Shown: positions 51,756 through 63,100 of the stretch, in pieces | How the letters are laid out: every line of letters starts with the position of its first letter | Position numbering within the stretch: the first letter of the stretch is position 1 | Assembly (NCBI GenBank): GCA_965178125.1 | Contig: OZ237746.1 | Coordinates: 434,001 to 498,000, forward strand | Origin: Bilabrum cf. latius | Taxonomy: Eukaryota | Length of the DNA stretch: 64,000 nucleotides | Direction: 5' to 3' | Made by a program: the position numbers and the translations under genes | The notes under the pieces: model-generated | Database searches by the model: none | What the model was told of the DNA's origin: nothing | Seen by the model: the letters and a program-made list of their open reading frames with translations, nothing else

Positions 51756-54067
51756 TTAGGGCTCCTGGAAACTGATGCCCTTCAAATGGCAGAAGCCTGG
51801 CAGCTCATCGGCACCCCTTGGTTGCACAGCCTTGCTCAGCGCTTCCCAATGCGGTGGGCACGGGATATCGTTCCCATCACCTGCTTGCACGAACGTCGCA
51901 GTCGGTGTCTTCTCTGGTGGGGTGACTGCAATCGCAGCGGTGATGTAGGCGTGAATGGCCAGGTCCGCCATATCAGGTGATCCAATCAGTGCCACAGACT
52001 CTCCAAATTTATTCGCACACCCTTCCAGAGTGACCTGCCGCGCGGCGGGAGGGCTAAGAGGGAAGGTACTACCTCTTAGGCTACTCAAAGCTGCTTTACC
52101 CGATGCTGCTCCGCCTGCAGAGAGTGTTGTTTGGAAGCGAGGACGAGACACGCTGGCATGAACCTCGTTGCATTTCCCATAGCACTTGCATTGCGCTTGC
52201 GACGTGCACAGGTGCTCCTTCTGCAGGACGCGGTAGACGTTGTGCGCGACCTGCACGCCTTTGTCGGGGTACGTGCGTAGGCCCATCAGCACTGGCACGA
52301 AAGCAATGAGCATGCCTTGCCCGGCCACGTGGTCAATGTGGTGGTGATTGGACACACGCTTGGCTTCCTTGCCACCCACCAGCAGTCTCGCGGCACCAAG
52401 CATGTTTGCGAAACGATCGGAGTTCATCTCAGCACCGAGTGCGTTATACATCCACTGCATGTACTGAGCTTTCGCGGAGTTGGTTGCGTCTTGCTCTTCT
52501 GCAGGTGTCTACGCCCCTGCACCACTACTTGGACCTCCGTCCTAGCCTAGGACGGCAGATTCTTGATCCTTGCGAACCCATCGCTGTATGTCAACTCCCC
52601 AGACGAGACCGTTGGCCCTGTAGTTGTTGGTCAAGGCACTCGTATCCCAAGGGCTGCCTCCTCTTGTCTACGCACTCGGCTTCTCTGGCTTTTGTTGCTT
52701 AGGCTCTGCCTAGGACGGACCCAGCGCGTACACCCCTTTGAGACAGTCAACGATGGCCTGATCGCTATCTGCATTGGAATCTCCGCACCACCGACCGTCG
52801 AACGCCCCACCATCCATCCTGCTCTGCAAGACAGCCTAGTAGGCAGCGAGAAACAGTTTTGCCAAAATCGTGAGGGCCTTGGAGCCATGCTGATCTTGCG
52901 AGCGTCTTGGCGGTGGCAAATGTCCGTGTATCCCGGCGTTAGTTCCTGCCGCACCCCGAACATCTCCACGACATCCGAGTAGGAATCGAGTAGGCGGCCA
53001 TTTAGGTCTCCTTTTACTGTCATATCTGCTGTTAGAACGACCAGTCGGTCGGTTTTCCGGAGTGTCTGCACCGCTTCTACTGGTGACATGGAGTGGGTAT
53101 CCCCTTGCTTTGGTTTTGATGATCCACCACCTGCGACCTCAGGAGCTTCTTGGCCACTCTTGTCGTCTCCAGATCCAGTTTCTCCGCTTGTGTCTGCTCG
53201 GGCAGAGCTACTGGTAGATCCAGAGACTGGTGACTTCCCGCTGCCTGGTCCACCTGGACCCCCCCCACCTTGTGGTTCAGACCCCCTGTCAGACGGAGAT
53301 GATCCCCCCTCGCCACCGGAAACCATGCTTTTGACGCGGTCATCAACGCGCTTTCGAAGTTTCTCCTGGATCTCCTTGATCTTGGTGTTGTCAAAACCAT
53401 CCTTGAACTTCCGATTCTGCTAGGAAGACACGTACATGACGCTGGCCTGCGTCTGTGGACTCAGATCGCCGGATTCGAGGAAGCGCGGGAGCTCCGTAAA
53501 GGCCCTCGGCAGCTGCTCGTCCCTGTCGACTTTCTTAGGCTTCTCCCACCCAAACATGGCATGCTCCTGGAGAATGGCAGCGAGGTCACTGTAGTCTTCC
53601 ACAGCTCTTAGCGCGGTTTCGTCACGGACGCCGGCACTCTGCCTCACTAGAGCTTTCTGAATCCCAGCTTGAGTAATAGGGCCACCCCAAGGCGTATTCG
53701 GGATGTACAGGGCTGGTAGTTCGCACGTTGCGACCGCATGCGTAGTATCTCTAGCTGTTGCGACCTAGTACACAAGGGCAAATCGGTTGTTCTGGCTGCG
53801 ACATTGACACATCAGGTTGACGCACACTTCAGGGTAGTCCTTGCAGAGATCGTCTTTCCTCAAAGGTATAGTCGGAACGCTTGAATCATGCTTGATACTC
53901 TCCTTGATGACCTCTCCGCGCAATTCCAGGCTATTTACCTCAGCGACACCCTTGATGTCGTTCATATCACTTACAAAGATCTCCAAGGATGCAGTTAGTA
54001 CACCAGTTGCATCAGAAAGCGGGCCAGTGCTTGTATGCGACAGCCTGTACGCTCCGTTGGCTGCCAA
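51756..54067 (-). pseudogene. Unknown protein 'X', copy 2, with a 1-nt frameshift near 52881 (pseudogene or sequencing error)
   Basis: atggctc-caaggcc versus X1 atggctcacaaggcc. Homology resumes in the shifted frame and ends FCHLKGISFQEP-TAA at 51756-51758. Confidence 0.65.
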
Positions 54068-54342
54068 AAGTCGCTACACTTTGCGCTCCCTTTGGCGCAA
54101 GCGAACAGAGGCTGCAAATTCGCCTCCGGCGTTCTGCTATACGCTTAGCATGCCGTCAGAAGCTTGACACAGTCCAATAAATATAAGTTGTACCACCACA
54201 ATCAAACACATTAGCTTAGCAGTCCGGGTTTGTAGTGGAGCCAGTTCGCCACATGATGGTTCCGTCGAACGTCGCCGCCGGCGGCGCGGCGCCGCCACAT
54301 AGGCCATACTCCACTATTTGCATCTTTTGAGCAACGCCAGCA

Positions 54343-56104
54343 ATGAGCAGCCCTCCGACTGACGCCAGCGTGTTTTTGGATGAACTCGCTACCCTGAGGG
54401 GGCCAAGGAATGGATTTATGAAACGGTACATATCACTGTTTAAGAGCAGTGGGTTCTGGCAACGATACGATGCGTGCAGATTGCTGCCATGTCCATACGC
54501 GAGATGTTTTCCCGATACCGAGCCATTATCGATCCTGTACGATAGGCCGGCGACTGTTGAGAATGTGAGCTGGTGCCCAGGTGTGCTGGACTGACTATTT
54601 GTTTGCACGAATCGTATGCCATCAGTAGTGTGGTACTTGTGTTTTAATCAGCACAGGTTTTGGGATACGTCTTTTTCACGAATGGCTACGAATGTCCAAA
54701 TCTTCACTAGGTACGACAGGTCGTTCCGGACAGAGTGTTGTCGGCACGCAGCGATGTGAGAAACGCGGTTGCGGCTCGCTGGGACCCCTTGTATCGCCAA
54801 CTGCAGCATTGATCATCTCGTTTGGCTTCGTTCCACCTTCGAGTTGCTTGTCGGTGCTCGGCACGCAGCTCGGGCTGACGGTGGTCCACGGTGCTGCCTA
54901 CCAAGGGTACTTCAGATCCCTGCGCGGTCTCCAGCGCATCGGCTTGCTGCACAACGACCGCACAGGATCCGTGTGCGACAAGGAGCAGGGCAGTCCGCTG
55001 GAGGGGAAAGGCGAGTTCGGGCGGCATCGGCTGCGTCGTTGGCTGGAATCGAGCGAGGCAGCCAAGCTAAATGAAAGGTTGGAAACGAGGGTTTCAGAGT
55101 ATCTCAATCGCAGCTATAGAGAACCCTCGCATTGCCCTGGCATCCCTCTAGCTGATACCCCCTTGCATTTGGTGATGTATCGTACCAACTTGTGCAGTGG
55201 CCAGCAGTAGATCAACGCCTTCGCCTGCATGGCTCTCCTTCTCCGATCAGGAGGTGACCTCACGGCTGTGAACGACCTCGGGTACACGCCGTTGAAGCAC
55301 GCTTCCGCTGAGCTCAAGGAGATGCTGGAGGACGTGAAGCACGACTCCATGGCCTGCCTGAGGCGCATGCTGGAGCGGCTGCCCCCTCACATGGCTAGGG
55401 CGTGCGCGTGGCACGGCAGGGGGCATGACGTGATACGGTTCCGGCGGGCGCACGAGGCGCAGCGGGACGCTCGGATGGTGCATCGAGCGGCGAGGGAGGG
55501 CAGGCCACTGGAGCTGGGGAAGCGGCTGCGGGTGGGTTGGTGGGCGGGAGGGGCGTGGTTGCTTGGTGGGAATGGGTCGCCAGGTGCGGGCCTGAGTCCG
55601 CTTGCGTGCGCGGTGCAGCAGGGGCATGTGGAGTGCGCGAGCGTGCTGCTGGGGGCGTGGAAGCGGGGGCATGGGAGGGTTGTGTTTGGATCACCTGCGA
55701 AGGTTGGCGGTGCGTTGATCGGTCGGCGGGGCTGGGATGGTATGATGGACGGGATACTTGACGCGATCCGCAGCGGGGTACAAGCGGGTGTGTGCTAGGG
55801 TGGTGGCCGGGTCGAAGGTAAGGAGGACGAGGGCCGTGTGGCCCATGCGTTGGTGGAGGGGAGGGCGTGGTGGGGCGGGGACAGGGAAAGGGAGGAAGGA
55901 GACAAGGTCGGCGGCAAGGCGGTGTGCGGGGGTGTGAGTGTGACTAGCAGTGGGAATGCAAGTGAGGATGACACGGGGAATGGCCGTGGCAGCAGTGATC
56001 GCCTAGTATACTTGAATGGGCGAGCAGCGCAGCTCGAGCGGGAGCTCGCCGAGGTCCGGTCGGAAATAGCACTTGCTAAGGCTGGATTAAGTCGAGACAG
56101 CTGA
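54343..56104 (+). CDS. Ankyrin-repeat-like protein, copy C (~500 aa; exons 54343-54564, 54711-54755, 54869-56104)
   Basis: Same splice sites as copies A and D. The TGA at 54592-54594 falls inside predicted intron 1. Reads through TAGs at 55208 and 55796 and ends at TGA. Confidence 0.72.
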
Positions 56105-56850
56105 GGTACATGGTGCAGCGTCTGCAGGTGTCTGGAAGTTTTGTTTGTCAATCGAGCTTTGGTGGCTTTGAGTATGGCGCCGCGCAGCGATTGCTTCAGT
56201 TGGTTCCGTTTCGCCGAGGAAACAGAGCGCTGATGGAGGGCGAGGAACGCAGCCTCTGTCCGCACGGATCTCCAGCACCCTGTCCAAGCCTGGCCCTGCA
56301 TGCTCGCTTGCAGTGCCATGCATCGCATTGGGTCGACCAGGTGCTTCCCGTATGCTTGTTGCAGCAACACCTTCCCCGGCCAATGCCACCGACTGCCAGT
56401 GTGCCGAAAAGCCGGAAGCAGCTGCAAGCATCTCTTGAGATTGCATGCCCTAGAAATACAGCGCAGTGAAGAGGCAATCTTCGCATGTCAACCGTGTCCT
56501 ACGAACGAGTCGCATGTGCCGATCGAAGCGATCGCTCTGCTGGCTCTGATCTGGGCCGCCGAGCAAGGCTCGAGGGGCGCTCATCGGAGGACTCAGGCTC
56601 AGGCTGCGAGCGCCCTTTTGCCTCGACGACTGTCCCACCGGCCCGGCGAAGTTTGATGGGTGGCGATCAATCGAGACTGGGCATCGGCCGGTCCAGCGAG
56701 GACTCGGCAGATGTTCAAGAGGGGGGGGGGGCGGTCTCACCGGATACGAGGCTCGTCCGGAGTCGCGCGCGGGCGTTTGGCCACTGGCACGCTGCAAGGC
56801 TGGGCATCCTGCCCCTCCACTATTTGCATCACTTCAGAGCAACGCTAGCA

Positions 56851-58606
56851 ATGAGCAGCTCTCCGACGGACGCCAGCGTGTTTTTGGATGAACTCGCTAC
56901 CCTGAGGGGCCCAAGGAATGGATTTATGCAACGGTACATATCACTGTTTAAGAGCAGTGGGTTCTGGCAACGATACGATTCGTGCAGATTGCTGCCATGT
57001 CCATACACGAGATGTTTCCCCGATACCGAGCCATTATCGATACTGTACGATAGGCCGGCGACTGTTGAGAATGTGAGCTGGTGCCCAGGTTTGCTTCAAC
57101 TAGTCTACGCGAACCGAATTGATGAAGTAGTGTGGTACTTGTGTTTTAATCAGCACAGGTTTTGGGATACGTCTTTTTCACGTATGGCTACGAATGTCCA
57201 AATCTTCACTAGGTACGCCAGGTCGTTCCGGACAGAGTGTTGTCGGCACGCAGCGATGTGAGAAACGCGGTTGCGGCTCGCTGGGACCCCTTGTATTGCC
57301 GACTGCAGCATTGATCATCTCGTTTGGCCAAGTTCCACCTTCGACTTTCTTTTTGGTGTTCGGCACGCAGCTCGGGCTGACGGTGGTCCATGGTGCTGCC
57401 CTTCGAGGGTACTTCAGATTCCTGCGCCTTCTGCAGCGCATCGGCTTGCTGCACAACAACCGCACAGGGTCCGTGTGCGACAAGGAGCAGGGCAGTCCGC
57501 TGGAGGGGAAAGGCGAGTTCGGGCGGCATCGGCTGCGTCGTTGGCTGGAATCGAGCGAGGCAGCCAAGCTGAATGAAAGGTTGGAAACGAGGGTTTCAGA
57601 GTTCCTCGATTGCAGCTATAAAGAACCCTCGCATTTTCCTGGCATCCCTCTAGCTGACACCCCCTTGCATCTGGTGATGTATCGTACCAAAGTGTGCAGT
57701 GGCTAGCGGCAGATCAACGCCTTCGCCTGCATGGCTCTGTTGATCCGATCAGGAGGAGACCTCACGACTGTGAACGACCTCGGGTACACGCCGTTGCAGC
57801 ACGCTTCTGCTGAGCTCAAGGAGATGCTGGAGGACGTGAAGCACGACTCCATGGCCTGCCTGAGGCGCATGCTGGAGCGGCTGCCCCCTCACATGGCTAG
57901 GGCGTGCGCGTGGCACGGCAGGGTGCATGACCTGATACGGTTCCGGCGGGCGCACGAGGCGCAGCGGGACGCACGGATGGTGCATCGAGCGGCGAGGGAG
58001 GGCAGGCCACTGGAGCTGGGGAAGCGGCTGCGGGTGGGTCGATGGGCGGGAGGGGCGTGGTTGCTTGGTGGGAATGGGTCGCCAGGTGCGGGCTTGAGTC
58101 CGCTTGCGTGCGCGGTGCAGCAGGGGCATGTGGAGTGCGCGAGCGTGCTGCTGGGGGCGTGGAAGCGGGGGCATGGGAGGGTTGTGTTTGGATCACCTGC
58201 GAAGGTTGGTGGTGCGTTGAGCGGTCGGCGGGGCTGGGATGGTATGATGGACGGGATACTTGATGCGATCCGCAGCGGGGTACAAGCGGGCGTGTGCTAG
58301 GGTGGTGGCCGGGTCGAAGGTAAGGAGGACGAGGGCCGTGTGGCCCATGCGTTGGTGGAGGGGAGGGCGTGGTGGGGCGGGGACAGGGGAAGGGAGGAAG
58401 GAGACAAGGATTGTGGGAAGGCGGTGTGCGGGGGTGTGAGTGTGACTAGCAGTGGGAATGCAAGTGGGGATGACACGGGGAATGGCCATGGCAGCAGTCA
58501 GCGCCTAGCATACTTGAATGGGCGAGCAGCGCAGCTGGAGCGGGAGCTCGCCGAGGTCCGGTCGGAATTAGCACTTGCTAAGGCTGGATTAAGTCGAGAC
58601 AGCTGA
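56851..58606 (+). CDS. Ankyrin-repeat-like protein, copy D (~500 aa; exons 56851-57072, 57213-57257, 57371-58606)
   Basis: Tandem duplicate of copy C. Reads through TAGs at 57704 and 58298 and ends at TGA. Confidence 0.72.
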
Positions 58607-58726
58607 GGTACATGATGCAGCGTCTGCAGGTGTCTGGAAGTTTGGTTTGACAATCGAGCTTTGGATTTGAGTATGGCGCCGCGCAGCGATTGCTTCAAGT
58701 TGGTTCCGCTTCGCCGCTTGATCGAA

Positions 58727-60126
58727 ATGGTAGAACCTTCCGCCGGGTTGTGTTGCCGTGAAATGCCAAAGCAGACGCAAGGACGTGATCTAGTAGATGG
58801 CATTTCTGTTAGCGCTGTTGTTGGTTTGCTTGAAGACTCTAACAATGTGCTCTTATCACAAGCAAACCAGCATGATTCAGGTGAGCAGTATTGAAACGCA
58901 TTGCTACGGTCCGAAACTAAAGAAAAATGCCTGCAATATATCTAAAATGAATTGAATAAACCGCAGGGTCCGACGTTGATCCTGCTGATGCCCGAACATT
59001 TGCAAGAGTACGCGGGGGTATTTGGAAGCGCGGCGAGGCCGGTCCGCTGCAGCGTCTCGGGACACATCCGAGGTATTTCCTAAGAGATCCTGCTGGGATA
59101 CCAGCTGGAATTGCGAACCTTGGAGCTACCTGCTTCCTGAATGTTTGCTAGTAGGTGCTTGTCCGTGACGAAGCGGTTCGGGCGAGCGTGCTCGCCGCAG
59201 GGGATGCGATTGACGATCTTCTCCAAAAGACTGGAAACGATTACATCAAAGCCGCAGAGCTGGTACTCAGTGAACCCTTACAAAGCATCCCGCCGGGACG
59301 AAGGAGCTTGTTCACAGGCTCAAAAGAATCGCTGCCTTCGATGAAGGTGCCGAAGCTTGCCAAGCAGCTAGCGACAGTGCGAGCAGTCGCGGCGGCATGG
59401 ACCCATATGACCTTCGGCCGCAGGGCCTTCTTCAAGCCGGAGGCCATCGTTCACCTTCTGAGCATTGCACCTCAGGTACAGCAGGACGCTGCGGAGTACC
59501 TCACTCTCTTCCTCAACTTCATCACGGAGATGACTGCGCTGGTGCTGCGGGGGCGCGAGGCAGCTTCGGTGAAGATTCTGCACGGGCACTATCGCGTGAC
59601 CGAAATCAACTCACGCAAGTGCTTGATTTGCAAGTATGAGTCCACAAGAGAGGAGGAGCACAGGCTGCTGGTGAGTTGCTAGCGCTTTTTGAATCATCCC
59701 ATGCAAGAGGCTTGCTCACTCACTTGTTTGCTTGGCCTTCGTGCTGCTGACCGTATTTGCGAGTGAAGCTCTCGACCTGTGTGCTAACGATGTAGCTGAT
59801 TATTCCACTAGGTTGCTCATGGGCGCCTTGATGACATTGCTCGTGCTTGTGTCAATCCCCAATTGAAGCGAGCTCACCCAGCGCACGACTTCCCCATTCC
59901 GCTAATTCGAACAACCTACTGGTCGCAGGGGCTCTCGCTAGCAGGAGACTGCCGAGATTTCCAGTCCATCGTGCGCGCATCCTTCCAGTCAGAGCTCATG
60001 TACGGCCAGAATGGCTACGCTTGCCAGCGCTGCATCGAGAAGAGAGAGGCCGATATTCTCTCTGGCAAGATTCCCTTAGACTCAGATGCAGGGGCTGCAA
60101 AGAGCAGCGGCAGTGGCACCCGTACT

Positions 60127-60169
<43 letters not shown>

Positions 60170-63100
60170 GTGGTGGTGCCGATAGTGCTAGTGATAGGCC
60201 CACCAGAGAACAAGCAAGGGCTCAAGCAAAGCATCACAGGGTGCCCATGGTTCGGACGATAAAGCCACACAGGCTGCCACCCAAGTTGTGCGTCCAGATC
60301 AACCGCTTCCTGTACGACCCCAGATCAATGCAGACGAAGAAGAGCCACAAGGCCCTGTGCCCGCCGACTCTCCTGAACCTGTCACGGCTAGCTCAGGAGG
60401 GCCAGGGATCTCTTCAGAACCCGACGCCGAACAAGTCTGACAGGGACTACGAAGCCTACAGAGAGGCTGTGGCCCTGCTGAAAGAGGACTAGGAAGAGGA
60501 GAAGGAAGCAGCGAGGACGGTGAGTGCTGCGCGGGTACATCGCAGAGGAAGCAGACGTAAAGGTGGCGCCGCCGCCGCTTCAGCATCGGCCTCTACCTTT
60601 GCCTCTGGCTCAGTCTCAGTCTCACATGAAGCAGTGAGATAGGCACAAGCTGCGACAGGCTTCGGCGAGCCGGACACGGACATCTTGCAGGGAGAAGCAG
60701 TTCGGCACCTTATAGGAGGTCATGAAGAGATGGATGATGAGGGCAACCCGCTGCCTGTACTGTACGAGCTTGAAGCCGTCATCTACCATCAGGGGAGCAC
60801 TGCCACGAGCGGGCACTACACGTGCGACGTATGGGACCACGAGAGGTGCATGTGGCTGCGCTGTGACGACAACGAGGTATATCCGTTCGGGCCTGATGGC
60901 AAAAAGATTCAAGAGCAGAAGTCAGCGGGCTCCGTGGGATCGTTATCTATTGATCTCACCGACGACGCATGCGCTGCAGCTCCAGCTTCAGCCCCAGCCC
61001 CGGCCCCTGCCGCAGCCGCAGCTCCAGCTCCAGCTCCGGCCCAAGCCCCGGCCCCAGCTCCAGCTCCGGCCCCAGCTCCAGCTCCAGCCCAAGCCCCGGC
61101 CCAAGCTCAAGCCGCAGCCCAAGCTTCAGCCCCGGCCCCGGCCCCAGCCCAAGCCCAAGCCCAAGCTCAAGCTCAAGCTCAAGCCCAAGCCCAAGCCGCA
61201 TCCCCAGCCCCGGCCCCTGTACTGCCCCCAGCTCTGGAACCATCGGCTGGCAAACAGGGAGCCATGGGTGGCAGGAGAGGCAAGACCAGACCGTGGCCTG
61301 TGAAAGATGAAGGCCAATCTGCTCGTTCAACCAAGACGGGCTCTCGTCCAACCCTTAACCCGACAACACACGGTGGGTACGGTTTCGACTCACAGGCATC
61401 AGCTGGGCCAAAATTCTAGGTCCGGCCAGTCCAAAGTAAAAGAGGCAGGCAGCCTGTGGAGGTCTGCCCCGCTTCACAGAAGGGCCTCGGGCCTGATCGG
61501 ACCCCTGCAGAGTTGCAGACTGCAGAAGTCCAAGCCAGTCTGTCAGCTGAAAGGCAACCCGCATCTCGCAATGACGTGCCTACCAGTGTGCTCCCAAACT
61601 AGGCCTTGGCACCAACAAAAGCTGAAGCCCCATCATCTGCATATCATCCTACGCTCGAAGGCCAGCGAGCAGACCTGTAGCCGATGGCGTATGTGAACCC
61701 ACGCTCAGTCATAGCACAGTCGATATTGCAGCCTAGACGTCAGGCTGCCATGATGCATGGTATGGAGCTGCATAGCAGTCCCTAGATGGAGGGCTAGGGC
61801 CGTCCCAGTGTGTTTGGGAATGATGGTGATGTCGCTCCCACTGGTGCATTAGGTCTAAGCAGCGTTTCCAGCATATCTGACCACGGTGGATCACCGCAGT
61901 CTAGAGTGGGCTAGGCATTCAGATTTGATCCAAGTCGATTGCAGAACCCCCATGCGGGTCAAGCTGTGCTTCATCAGAGCGCGGCCATGGCCTTCCAGCC
62001 TCAGCCTCAGCCTCAGCAGCAGTTGCAGTTGCACGCCGAGCAGCAGCTTCAAATCGTGCAGGGGTAGCATGCCGCGCAGCAGTTGTACATCGCGTAGCAT
62101 ACTCCGATGCAAGGCAACTCGCAGGCACAGGGGAGTGCCACTACAGTTCTGTTGGATGGTAATGCACCCGTCACTCACTACCTGCCCAGAGACCAAGTCA
62201 CAGAGGCGATGGTACATGCGCACCAGGCGACTGGAGTGAACAGCGTCCCGTCTGGACGGGATGCGCAGGGCCGGCACAAGGCAGGCCCGGGCGGGTCCGG
62301 CGGGGCAAAGCGCTCCTCTGCTCGACGCAGCAAAAGGCAACAAAAGAAGCAAGAAGCTGCAGCTGAACAGTAGAGTGATGCCATCATCAAAGAGCAGGCG
62401 GCGGCTTCAGGTGATACAGGCATGCCCGCTACTGAGTCTGAAGGTGGTGCAGCTGGCCGTAAGCGAGCTAGGCCTCGAAGCAGAACCAGATCACTGGGCT
62501 CTGCGCCTGGTGCTCCAACAGCCCGAGATGCCCCTTCCAAGCATCAGGAGTGTGCCGACGTGCCTGGAACTCTAGCCAGCGGGGCGGTGCCCTCCAGCAA
62601 GAAGCGACGCACCGGGACTGGAACAAGTGCTGGTGGCGGAAGCGCTGCAAAGACTGCGGGGTCGAGCGCACCAGCAGTCGAGGCTGCCGAGCAGGATGAT
62701 GATGACGCAGATGATGATGACGCAGACGACAAGGAGATCGAGTACGTAGAAGCGGTGCAATCGATGAGCTAGGAGGACAGGGACAGACAAGAAGCGCGTC
62801 GGCTGCAAGATGAGGAAGAGAGGCGGGTGTCGCCGCGGCGAAGGGGGGCGAGGTGGAAGTAGTCCCCGCAGGGGGATGCGTCAGGAGCAAAGCCTCATGC
62901 TGCATCCAACACCCCCAGCCGCGCCTCTGTGGGCAATAATTCCGAGTTCCTGCCGGACGACTCTGACTTTCAAAGCGGCTCAGAACGTACCTCCGCCCGG
63001 TAGAGGGAAGAACCCACGCATCCTCACAAACGCCGAGCATCCCGCGCAGCCGCTGCCACAGCGCGAGCTGCTCTTTAGCAGATCTAGGAATAGTCTGGTG

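Noticed and set aside
56485-56850. N-terminal extension of ORF 56485-57261
   Set aside because: The other three paralogs start at the ATG equivalent to 56851, and the upstream part is not conserved.
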